Assembly (NCBI GenBank): GCA_037130845.1
Contig: JBAXSE010000013.1
Coordinates: 1 to 38,664 of the forward strand
Reading direction: 5' to 3'
Length of the DNA: 38,664 bases
From: Candidatus Falkowbacteria bacterium
Lineage (GTDB): Bacteria; Patescibacteriota; Patescibacteriia; Patescibacteriales; Patescibacteriaceae
Below, one piece after another: positions 17,793-26,752 of the stretch. A model generated the notes under the pieces. The model was given only the letters and a program-made list of their open reading frames with translations. It was not told where the DNA came from and ran no database searches. Within the stretch, counting starts at the first letter, position 1; the number at the start of each line of letters is the position of its first letter. A program made the translations under genes and the position numbers.

Positions 17793-18250
17793 CTATTAAA
17801 TATGTTTTGTCCGCAAGGTCCATGTTTAATAAAAAATAAGAGAAAGCAAAGTACATTAACAATTAAGTATCAATTGATTGTCAATATTCAAAGATTTGAT
17901 GACTTTAATGTTGGCTGAGGGGAAGTGAGGCGTCGTCCGAACTTATCCTTGGCTAATAATTGGAGCTATGAGAGCTTTTTATGTTGGTGGTAGATTATAA
18001 ATAATTGAGTCTTTGTTTTTAAGATTTTTCGATCGAAGAGCAGATTGTCTCGCAGGTTATTCTATTATTATCAGAAACTACTTAGATATGAAGTGAGGTA
18101 CGACCAAACTGATTAATGAGCGGCCAGAAAATAAAAAAAATAATTGAAAATGCAATCCTATTGGAGTTCGAAACTTCGTCTGGAATAATGCCAGAAAATT
18201 ATGTCTGGCAAAAAATAACTTATTTTTTAATTTATACCACAGGCATAAAA

Positions 18251-19465
18251 ATGAAGAGAATATATTTAACTTTAATCGTGGCAGTTATCTTTTGCATTAT
18301 TTCCGCAAATGTTAACGCCAAAACAAAAACACGCACTACAAGCAATGCCCCAGCCGGCACCCCGATAATATACACGGTAGCCAAGGGCAATTGCTTATCC
18401 ACTATTGCAGATAAATTCGGCTTAAGCGTCGCTGAATTATATAATCTGAACAAAAGCAAAATCAGCGATAAAAGTTTGATTTATGCAGGTCAGAAATTTA
18501 TCGTCGGTTATCAGGAGACAGTCCAGCCGCAAACAACCACAGTGGTTTCTGGCGACGGCGCTGCTAATACTTTTAGCCAAAACTATTTCGGTTATCTGTT
18601 GCCTTTCTGCCTCTATGTTGCCCCATCTGATAGCACTTGCGGCCAGTCTGACCCGACGATTGCCGACAAAGAGGAATATGTCGAAGCTGATAGAATCTTG
18701 ATAGCCAAAGCTAAACTCTTGGGAATTAAATATAATACCCAGTCTAGCAAATTGTATTCAGCCAAAGAGATTATAAAAAGTTTCCAAGGCAAATTAATTT
18801 ATTGCAAGGACAAAAGTTTTGTCCTGGATAAGAACGGCGCTAAGATGTATCTTAGGCAGTCCGACAAAGATATACTGCTGTGGGCCTGTTATGGCCTGGG
18901 TATAGAATTGTATGATTGCCAGGATCCAAAGATGATTATTGAAGCTCATGAACTGGGCATCAAGTTCAATCATCCCGGCGGCCGTTATCACGATCGCGAA
19001 GAAATCGTACAGAGCATGTATGATGAAAATGGGCGCAAGAAAGTGGCCTATTCGCGGTCTATGCGTTTTCAGTGGATCAGCCGCTTGGTTTATTTGGACT
19101 GCTCCGCCTTTGCTTATTTTTTGAGCAATTGCTATGCGCAAATAGCCCCCGGCAATACTTCGCTTACTATCTTTACCGCCAAACACGGCAGGCGTCTGGT
19201 CACTTCTGTTGATCAGCTTAAGCCCGGCGATTTGGTAGGAAGGCCCGGAGTCTCTGAGGGGCACGTGGTTACTTATCTGGGTAATGGGAAATTCGCCCAT
19301 TCATCCGGAGATAAGCCGCTGTTTACCGACAAGGACCAGATCGGGCTTAAAAAAGGTTTGTTTTGCTGCCGACCGCAGCCAAACCGGGAATTGGAAAATT
19401 CCTTACTTGCTCATAACAAAATATTAAGCAAAAAATTTCCACAATCTATCGCTGGCAATAAGTAA
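18251..19465 (+). CDS. secreted LysM-domain NlpC/P60-family cell-wall hydrolase
   Basis: signal peptide MKRIYLTLIVAVIFCIISANVNA; LysM YTVAKGNCLSTIADKFGLSVAELYNLN; catalytic-like LDCSAFAYF ... GHVVTYLGNGKFAHSS. Confidence 0.65.
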   Translation: MKRIYLTLIVAVIFCIISANVNAKTKTRTTSNAPAGTPIIYTVAKGNCLSTIADKFGLSVAELYNLNKSKISDKSLIYAGQKFIVGYQETVQPQTTTVVSGDGAANTFSQNYFGYLLPFCLYVAPSDSTCGQSDPTIADKEEYVEADRILIAKAKLLGIKYNTQSSKLYSAKEIIKSFQGKLIYCKDKSFVLDKNGAKMYLRQSDKDILLWACYGLGIELYDCQDPKMIIEAHELGIKFNHPGGRYHDREEIVQSMYDENGRKKVAYSRSMRFQWISRLVYLDCSAFAYFLSNCYAQIAPGNTSLTIFTAKHGRRLVTSVDQLKPGDLVGRPGVSEGHVVTYLGNGKFAHSSGDKPLFTDKDQIGLKKGLFCCRPQPNRELENSLLAHNKILSKKFPQSIAGNK

Positions 19466-19478
19466 TAGATTTTTAAAA

Positions 19479-19512
19479 ACCAACCCCGCTCAATGCTAGC
19501 GGGGTTTTATAA
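19479..19512 (+). terminator. rho-independent terminator
   Basis: AACCCCGCT-caatgcta-GCGGGGTTTT. Confidence 0.7.
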
Positions 19513-19574
19513 TATTTAAAATAAGATTATAACCTTGCGGATAGTTTTGTTTATATTAACTATATTTAGAAAAG

Positions 19575-20393
19575 CTAGAAAGTGATAGGGTTATTATTAA
19601 AAGGCTCGACTTTGCAAAAGTCTGGAATTAAGTTTTCTTGGCTTCCTGCCTCTTGTATCCATCCGTTGCCCAGGCCCAGCTTGAGCTGATACTGGTGGAC
19701 GATGGCGAACTCTTCGGCTGTCACGGCGCGACCCAGTTCGGGGAAGCGGTCGGCCTGGTAAAGCGGGGAGTATTGGTTCATCAGGCTGATGTGCAGCTCC
19801 AAGTCGATGGCGGCCAGGGTGTCTAGCACGCCGAAGCTGTTGGTCAGCTGGTCGGGCAAGACCATGTGCCGGACTATCAGTCCCTTGGCTGCTTTATTAT
19901 TTACAATTTGCAGATTGCCGACTTGTCGGTACATCTCGGCGATAGCTGTTTGGGCGGTGGCAAAATAATCTTTGATGCCTGAGTATTTGAAGGCCAGATC
20001 GTCGTGGCTGTATTTGAAATCGGGGAGGTAGATGTCGATCAAGCCGTCCATCTCTTTGATGATGTCCGGCGATTCGTAGCCGTTGGAGTTCCAGGCGATC
20101 GGAATTTTTAGCCCTTGTCCTTTGGCGCTGATAATCGCTTCTTTGATGCACTGGTGCCAGATTGTGGGAGTGACTAGGTCGATGTTGGCTGCGCCGAGTA
20201 TTTGCAATTCTAGCATCATGCCAGCTAGTTCTTGGCTGTCAAAAAGCCGGCCCAGATACTGTTGCGAAATCTGGAAATTCTGGCAGAAGACGCAGTGCAG
20301 ATTGCAGCCGCTAAAGAAGATGCCGCCGGCCGGCAGCAGGGGTGGTTCTTCGCCCGTGTGCAGGCCATGCCAGGCGATTTTGGTTTGGGTCAT
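19575..20393 (-). CDS. radical SAM enzyme, AmmeMemoRadiSam (AmrS)/PflA-like activase family
   Basis: CNLHCVFCQN (CxxxCxxC) cluster, overall similarity pattern to AmrS-type radical SAM proteins; possible leaderless start (TATACT 8 nt upstream of ATG). Confidence 0.7.
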   Translation of the reverse strand: MTQTKIAWHGLHTGEEPPLLPAGGIFFSGCNLHCVFCQNFQISQQYLGRLFDSQELAGMMLELQILGAANIDLVTPTIWHQCIKEAIISAKGQGLKIPIAWNSNGYESPDIIKEMDGLIDIYLPDFKYSHDDLAFKYSGIKDYFATAQTAIAEMYRQVGNLQIVNNKAAKGLIVRHMVLPDQLTNSFGVLDTLAAIDLELHISLMNQYSPLYQADRFPELGRAVTAEEFAIVHQYQLKLGLGNGWIQEAGSQENLIPDFCKVEPFNNNPITF

Positions 20394-20415
20394 AGATTGG
20401 TAGTATAATCAGCAA

Positions 20416-20444
20416 TTTGACTCCTGGCAAGCTGTTTGCTATGG
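20416..20444 (+). promoter_or_regulatory. candidate promoter TTGACT-17-TATGGT for the NUDIX gene
   Basis: sequence pattern only. Confidence 0.3.
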
Positions 20445-20482
20445 TCAAGAGGATAGTTGTTTCAAATATTAGGAATTATCGT

Positions 20483-21016
20483 ATGAAAACATTGTCATCG
20501 ATCGTCAAGATTGTTCACAAGAACATCTGTGCCAGCCCGGAAGTCTATAAGGCTTTCCAATTGCGGGTGTCCGAAGGCGCGCCGACGCGGGAGCAAAATC
20601 CGATGTCTCATTTTTCTGTCTATTTTTTGCCCTATAATCCGTACAACAAAAAAGTATTCATTACGCATCACAAGAAATCCGGCCTGTGGCTATCGCCCGG
20701 CGGACATGTGGACGAAGGCGAAACTTTGTGGCAGACGGTTAATCGCGAGATCAAAGAGGAGTTGGGCGTGGCTGATTTTTTCAAGCTTGAGCCTAAGCCT
20801 TTCTTGCTGACCATCACGCCGGTGGCCAATGCCGCTCATGCCTGCAAAACGCATTATGACGTTTGGTATCTGGTGATTACTGACGGCCATGATTTTAGTA
20901 TCGATCCCAGAGAGTTCCATGCCACGCAGTGGATGGCTATCGACGATGCCAAAAAGATTGTCACCGATCCGCCTAATCTGCTGGCCTTGGACCGGGTGGC
21001 ACGACTGGCCAAATAA
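20483..21016 (+). CDS. NUDIX hydrolase
   Basis: Nudix box GGHVDEGETLWQTVNREIKEELGV; ATG 20483 with AGGA RBS (ORF frame opens at 20417). Confidence 0.75.
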   Translation: MKTLSSIVKIVHKNICASPEVYKAFQLRVSEGAPTREQNPMSHFSVYFLPYNPYNKKVFITHHKKSGLWLSPGGHVDEGETLWQTVNREIKEELGVADFFKLEPKPFLLTITPVANAAHACKTHYDVWYLVITDGHDFSIDPREFHATQWMAIDDAKKIVTDPPNLLALDRVARLAK

Positions 21017-21032
21017 TTCCAAAAAGAATAAA

Positions 21033-21078
21033 ACCCGCTCCGACTTGATGTCGGGCGGGTTTTTGATTGTTTTTCCGC
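21033..21078 (+). terminator. rho-independent terminator
   Basis: CCCGCTCCGAC-ttgat-GTCGGGCGGG + TTTTTGATTGTTTTT. Confidence 0.75.
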
Positions 21079-21263
21079 TAATGTTAAAAAAATAATTTGA
21101 TAAGTGTAATATTGCTTAATAAGGTGCTACCATCTCGCATGCTTTACAAGATATAATAATTGTGTCATACTTTGCCGGTAGCTTTTTGGATTAGATATGC
21201 ACGGGGTAGATATATCAGATTTGAGGGCTAGTAATAATTAATATTAGCCAAAAAGCTATCATT

Positions 21264-23021
21264 ATGATCACATTTAAAGAACTCGGTCTTAACGACCATA
21301 TCCAGCAAAGCCTGGAAGAATTGGGCTATATCAACCCAACGCCTATCCAAGAACAGGCGATCCCTTTTGTCTTGGAGAACGAACAAGATTTGATCGGGCT
21401 GGCGCAAACCGGCACCGGCAAGACGGCGGCCTTCGGCTTGCCGATTTTAAACAAATTGGAAAAGAATAAGGACGTGCAAGCCATCATCCTTTGTCCGACC
21501 CGCGAACTGTGCTTGCAGATCAGCAAGGAAATGACCGGCTTTGCCAAACATTCGACCAGCGTCAAAATCGCTACTATCTATGGCGGCGCGCGCGCCGATT
21601 TGCAAGTACAGCAGATTAGGGCTGGCGCCAATATCGTTGTCGGTACTCCCGGACGCGTGCATGATATGATCCGCCGCAAGGTGCTCAAGATGCACACGAT
21701 CCGTTTCGTGGTGTTGGACGAGGCTGACGAGATGCTTGATATGGGCTTCAAGGACGACCTGGATGCTATCTTGGCCGATACGCCGGAGACCAAGCAAACC
21801 TTGCTGTTCTCGGCCACCATGTCTTCGGTGATCCACAATATCGCCAAGAAGTTCATGCACGACCCGAAGGAGATCAGCGTCGGCAAGAAGAATATCGGCG
21901 CCGACAAAGTGGTCCATCAATATTATCTGGTCAAGCAAGGCCAGAAGTATGAAGCCTTGCGCCGCATCGTCGATTCTGAACCGGATATCTATGGTATCTT
22001 GTTCTGCCGCACTCGCAACGAAACCCAGGAGATCGCCGATAAGCTGAAGGAAGATCATTATTCGACCGAGGCCCTGCATGGCGAAATTTCCCAGAGCATG
22101 CGCACTCAGATTATGGAACGATTCCGCCAGCGCAAAATCCAATTGTTGGTGGCGACCGACGTGGCCGCCCGCGGCATCGATGTCAACGACCTGACCCATG
22201 TCATTAATTACAATCTGCCTGATGTCAACGAATTGTATGTCCATCGCAGCGGCCGTACCGGACGCGCTCAGAAAAGCGGCGTCTCCCTTTCTATCCTGAC
22301 CAATCGCGAGCTGCACAAAGTGCGCGAGTTGGAATACAAGACCGGCAAGACCTTTGAACAGAAGCAAGTGCCGACCGGCCAAGAAATCTGCCAGAAGCAA
22401 TTGATCGCCTTGGTCGAGAAAATGAAAGAGATTAAGGTGGATAAGAAGGAAATCGCGCCCTTTATGCCGGCTATTGAAGAGATGCTGGGCGATTTTTCCC
22501 GCGAGGAATTGCTGACTCGTTTTGTCTCGGCTGAATTCAATCATTTTTTATCATTATATAAAGACAAATCAGACTTGGCGTCCGTGCCGATGGGCCGTGA
22601 GGCTGTCGGCGGCCGTACTAACGACCGAGGCGAGCGTCGTGAACGCGGCGAGCGCCAGCCGGAGGAGAACTTTGTCAACGTGCATATCAATATCGGCCGT
22701 CGTGATAATCTGGAGGTCAAAACTTTGTTGGGCTTTATCAATTCCCAGCCGGAATTGAAGGGCGCCGAGATTGGCAAGGTCAAGATTTCCGAAGCCTTTA
22801 CCGTTTTCGGTATTGACAAGAATCGCGCTGGAGTAGTGGCTGACAGCTTCAAGACTGCTCGCTATAACGGACGCGCCTTGGAGGCTAGAGTCGTTGGCGG
22901 CGGGGGAGGAATGGAAAGACCGAGCCGCGGCGGTTATGTCGAAAAGAGTTTTGCTGACAAAAGGCGCGATACCAAATCTTCTTATAAAGCAAGCTCAACT
23001 ACCAAAAAGGGCCGTCGCTAA
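21264..23021 (+). CDS. deaD: DEAD-box ATP-dependent RNA helicase with C-terminal DbpA-type RNA-binding domain and RG-rich tail
   Basis: Q-motif, AQTGTGKT, PTRELC, DEAD(EM), SAT, HRSGRTGRAG-like (HRSGRTGRAQ); C-terminal RGG/RGER-rich region. Confidence 0.9.
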   Translation: MITFKELGLNDHIQQSLEELGYINPTPIQEQAIPFVLENEQDLIGLAQTGTGKTAAFGLPILNKLEKNKDVQAIILCPTRELCLQISKEMTGFAKHSTSVKIATIYGGARADLQVQQIRAGANIVVGTPGRVHDMIRRKVLKMHTIRFVVLDEADEMLDMGFKDDLDAILADTPETKQTLLFSATMSSVIHNIAKKFMHDPKEISVGKKNIGADKVVHQYYLVKQGQKYEALRRIVDSEPDIYGILFCRTRNETQEIADKLKEDHYSTEALHGEISQSMRTQIMERFRQRKIQLLVATDVAARGIDVNDLTHVINYNLPDVNELYVHRSGRTGRAQKSGVSLSILTNRELHKVRELEYKTGKTFEQKQVPTGQEICQKQLIALVEKMKEIKVDKKEIAPFMPAIEEMLGDFSREELLTRFVSAEFNHFLSLYKDKSDLASVPMGREAVGGRTNDRGERRERGERQPEENFVNVHINIGRRDNLEVKTLLGFINSQPELKGAEIGKVKISEAFTVFGIDKNRAGVVADSFKTARYNGRALEARVVGGGGGMERPSRGGYVEKSFADKRRDTKSSYKASSTTKKGRR

Positions 23022-23035
23022 TTATTTATAGATTG

Positions 23036-23070
23036 CAAAAACACTCTGTTAAATGGAGTGTTTTTGCTTT
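23036..23070 (+). terminator. rho-independent terminator
   Basis: AAAAACACTC-tgttaaatg-GAGTGTTTTT. Confidence 0.7.
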
Positions 23071-23143
23071 TTGCCTTGACATTATCTGCTTTTCGTACTA
23101 GCGTAAAAGAAAAATAGTTCATAAACAATTCTAAGGAGATGTA

Positions 23144-23821
23144 ATGGTAAGCAAGAATAATGTTTTTATGTTGGCTCCCGCTGAGCAACTGGCATCTTTG
23201 AGGGTGGATTTGGGCGAATTGCCTGATTTTAACCCGGACTTTATCGTCAAGCCTCTGCCGGACAAGGCAGCAAATAATTTTGTCGTGCCTCAGTGGAGCA
23301 TATTAGCGCCGACCTATCTGGAAGCTTTGGACAAGGTGCATCAGGCTTTGGCAGCTCATTTGGAGTTTACTAATGGCCTAAACCTGTCTCATGGCGAGCG
23401 CCAGGACCTCAAGTTCCTGCGTCCCCAATTTCGTACGGTTAAAGGATGGGAAAAAATGGTTCAGGCGCAGCAGTGCGGTGTAGTAATTGTGCCGGCGCAG
23501 TTTACCGGGCATTATCAGGATCTTGGCTTCCGTAATTTGTATACGGAAAAGATGAACAGGGAAGATGAGTTTGGCCTTGATCCGTATACCGTCGCCATTG
23601 TTTTGCTGTCGCATCAATATTTGTATTATGACGGTGCTGAACTTAATTTGGATATCCGTTGCGCCGGAGCGCATTATCCGCCCCGTAATCCGCCGGATGC
23701 TGACAGTAGTTCTATTTTATATTTTCTCAAGTCGCAGGAGGGTAAGCAAGAATTGTTTCTCTCTAGCAATGCCCATACTTTTAGCGATGCTGAAGGTTGG
23801 GCGACCGGCTATATTCTCTAG
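23144..23821 (+). CDS. hypothetical protein (225 aa), no recognisable domain
   Basis: strong RBS AAGGAG 6 nt before ATG. Confidence 0.6.
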   Translation: MVSKNNVFMLAPAEQLASLRVDLGELPDFNPDFIVKPLPDKAANNFVVPQWSILAPTYLEALDKVHQALAAHLEFTNGLNLSHGERQDLKFLRPQFRTVKGWEKMVQAQQCGVVIVPAQFTGHYQDLGFRNLYTEKMNREDEFGLDPYTVAIVLLSHQYLYYDGAELNLDIRCAGAHYPPRNPPDADSSSILYFLKSQEGKQELFLSSNAHTFSDAEGWATGYIL

Positions 23822-23896
23822 CCAAAAATCAAAGAATCGGGTATCAAATCCGATTCTTTTTCTTCCCTTTTTTCCTAATATTAGGCAAAAAATTAT

Positions 23897-23945
23897 ACAC
23901 CACACTTCAGTAAACTAGTTTACTGAAGTGTGGTGTGTTTTTGTA
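23897..23945 (+). terminator. very strong rho-independent terminator (perfect 18-bp stem)
   Basis: ACACCACACTTCAGTAAA-ctag-TTTACTGAAGTGTGGTGT + GTTTTTG. Confidence 0.85.
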
Positions 23946-23969
23946 AATACGGCAGGGTTATTAATTTTC

Positions 23970-23998
23970 TTGACATTTTTGGCCTTTTCTGGTATTTT
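23970..23998 (+). promoter_or_regulatory. promoter TTGACA-17-TATTTT for the RNAP-like gene
   Basis: cttgacatttttggccttttctggtatttt about 70 nt upstream of ATG 24070. Confidence 0.45.
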
Positions 23999-24069
23999 GT
24001 ATTTACTCCAATTTTTGGTCGGGAGGATAAAACATAGGATCATTTAGTACCTTTACAAAGGAATAAGCA

Positions 24070-26706
24070 ATGAATGTTGCACAATTAAACACAGAAAAGC
24101 GTCTTGCTACGGCTATTATGCCTTGGAAAGACATCAGCATCGGTTCGGCCGCTATTGTTTCTAGCACTATCGCTAATAGCGGTATTTTTACTTCTACCCA
24201 AACCTTTAAGATTCAAGTTCCGCTTAGTGTTAACGAAAGCGTAACCAGGGATTATGACGGTTATCGCTTGCCAATGGACAAGCTGGACGAAGACGGAGTA
24301 ATCCGAGTCGGCGAGAGCGTCGCCTTGGGTGATGTGCTGGTTGCCATGATTGAATATGATCCACGAGAGTATCAGCCGGAAGAAAAATTGCTCAAAGCAA
24401 TTTTTGGCGACGGTGCTACTAACGTGACCGATCGTTCGGTTACCATGTCTTTCCCTGATCCTGCTATAGTCTATAGCGTCGAAAAAAAACTCGAAGGCAA
24501 AAAAAAGCTGGTGACTGTTTATCTGGCCTTTAAACGTAAACTACGTTTGGGTGATATTCTGGTCGATAGCAAAGGTAACCAAGCAGTTGTCTCGGCTGTT
24601 GTTGCTGATAATGAAATGCCTTATCTGAAAAGCTCGCAAACCAGAGCTCAAATAGTGGTTACGCCGCTCACTGATTGCGGCGAAACGATGGTAGATCATT
24701 TGGATAAACAAAGGCTGGTTGTGGTATATGATACCGAAGATCCCAAGTTTATCCTGATAGCGCCGCCGCTTGATAGGCCAAGCAAAAATAAGAAGTGGTT
24801 ATGCAAAGATGAAGAAGCGCGTTTTGGGGCTATCGCTTGGAAAAAATTAGAACTATTGTCCGGTCAAAAGAATATCGGTTATGGCGTTCAAAGTAGATTG
24901 CGCAACGATGCCCAATTGGTGGATGGCATCAAGATCCGCCAAGAATTTATCACAAGCCTGTTGCATTACAATCTGCCGGCTGTAGCCAGAGAATTTTTGA
25001 CCGTCAAGTCTGACGATGCCAAAGGCTACGGCGATACTGTACAAGCTATTATTAATGGATGGTCTTTGCCCGCAGCGGCTGCTCCGGCTTCGCTAAAGCG
25101 CTATGAAGCGACGATCAAGGCAATGGCCTTGACTATCGGAGTCGATAACGGCAGTAGGCAAGTCGGCTTACTTGATGGCTATAATTATCCCAACCAGGAT
25201 TTGCCAGGTATTGGCGTTTCTTTGTGGGTAACTCCGCAATCAGAGATTTTGGCTCAGTCCCACGGTGAATTGACCGGTGTTGATTATATGGATGATGCTA
25301 TCAAGCAGGCTCAAGGGAAAAAGAAAACAGACAAGATAGAAGTCGGTTTGTTCAGCCAACGCATTTTCGGCCCTCTACGGGATTATGAATGCGCTTGCGG
25401 TAAATACAAGCGAGTCCGCTATAGCGGCATCGTCTGCGATCGTTGCGGTGTCTTGGTAGCGCAAAGCTCTGTGCGCAAAGAACGTTTCGGCCATATCAAC
25501 CTGGCTTTGCCTTGCGTGCATCCTTTGTTCGAAAAAGCAGTTGCCGAGTTATATAAGTCGATCGATTACACGAACACTCCGCAATATTTTGAAGAGCTGA
25601 TCGAAAAAAACTTTGATCTAGAAAAAGCCGATTATCTTTTTGAATGTTCCGAGATAATGAAAAAGTTATCGTTGCCCGAACAGCAGATTCTTAATGTCAT
25701 CCCGGTCATGCCGGCCGGTTGGCGTTCCGATTGGATGTCTTATACTAGCAGTTGGACAATGGATTTAAATTATCTATATAGCAGATTAATGACTCGTAAC
25801 AATCGATTGACTCGATTAATCGACATCAAAGCTCCTTGGATGATTATCTCCAATGAATATCGAATGCTACAAGAGGCTTTGTCTGAATTATTTAATTGCA
25901 CTCATTTGGGGAGTGAGACTCCGCCTGTCGGATTGATCCATAGCCTGCAAGCAGCCGGTCGCAATCTTTATGACAAAAAGGTTAGTTATTCCGGACGTGC
26001 GCTGGTTATCCCAGATGACCGCCTGGCAATCGACGAATGCGTTTTGCCTAGAACTCTGGCAGTCAGATTGTTTGAGCCTTTTGTGCTTCAGCGCTTGATG
26101 GCATCGCCGCCGGAAACTCCTTGCGACCCGATTTGGGACGATTCTTATCCGGATCTGCCTCCTATCTTGGCAGATGTAGTAGTAGATATTGCCGCTGGCA
26201 ATAAGACTACAGTCGATCTAAAGAAGATTGATGAAGATGAAGCTAGAGCTTATCCGGGCTATACCTACAAGACGGCTAGTGGAATGGTTAAAAATAACCA
26301 CCCCGAAGCATTGGAAAAGCTGGAAGCGATTGTTGGCGATAGGGTTGTCCTATTGAGCTCTGTCAGTCAGATAGAATTTGCCGGTTTTTGTCCACGTTTA
26401 AGTAACGAAGAAGTCATCAGACTTCATCCGCAGGCTATTAAGCTTCTTGGTATTTCTCTGGGTAAGGCTGGCAAGGCGTTAGTCTATCTACCCTTGTCTG
26501 ATGATGCTCAAGCGGAAGTCAAAGGTGTTATGTGCGGCCAAGAATGGTCGTATGTTCCTCAGACTCCGAGCGTTGGATATAGCTCTGTTCTTAATAGTAA
26601 TCTCAAGCATCTTGTTTCTAATCCTTGGTTGGATCAACCGGAGCCGGAAACCTGCAAATGGTTGCTATCCTTAAATGATCGATTTTTGCTCAATTATAGC
26701 AAATAG
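24070..26706 (+). CDS. catalytically inactive RNA polymerase beta(C-terminal)/beta-prime(N-terminal) fusion paralog (clamp + zinc-binding-domain module)
   Basis: N-half matches RpoB C-terminus ([17 protein letters not shown] ~ [36 protein letters not shown] ~ [29 protein letters not shown] ~ LTVKSDDVNG). C-half matches RpoC N-terminus ([31 protein letters not shown] ~ [44 protein letters not shown] ~ [40 protein letters not shown] ~ [37 protein letters not shown]...LFEPFV ~ RVDYSGRSVI...LFKPFI). NADFDGD is replaced by ISLGKAGK. Confidence 0.85.
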   Translation: [878 protein letters not shown]

Positions 26707-26714
26707 AAACCGAA

Positions 26715-26752
26715 GCCTCTCCGACGCCATGTCTGGGAGGTTTTTATTTGCC
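26715..26752 (+). terminator. rho-independent terminator
   Basis: CCTCTCC-gacgccatgtc-TGGGAGG + TTTTTATTT. Confidence 0.55.

Noticed and set aside
18116-18250. Upstream ATG (18116) extension of the LysM/NlpC-P60 ORF
   Set aside because: The signal peptide begins at Met 18251. The extension would bury the signal peptide internally.
20417-20482. Longer N-terminus for the NUDIX protein starting at 20417
   Set aside because: Would overlap the divergent radical-SAM start region and lacks an RBS. ATG 20483 has AGGA at the right spacing.
21447-22544. 365-aa ORF on the minus strand
   Set aside because: Lies entirely antisense within the well-supported DEAD-box helicase gene. Composition (H/L/G-rich, no motifs) is typical of a shadow ORF on the opposite strand of a GC-biased coding region.
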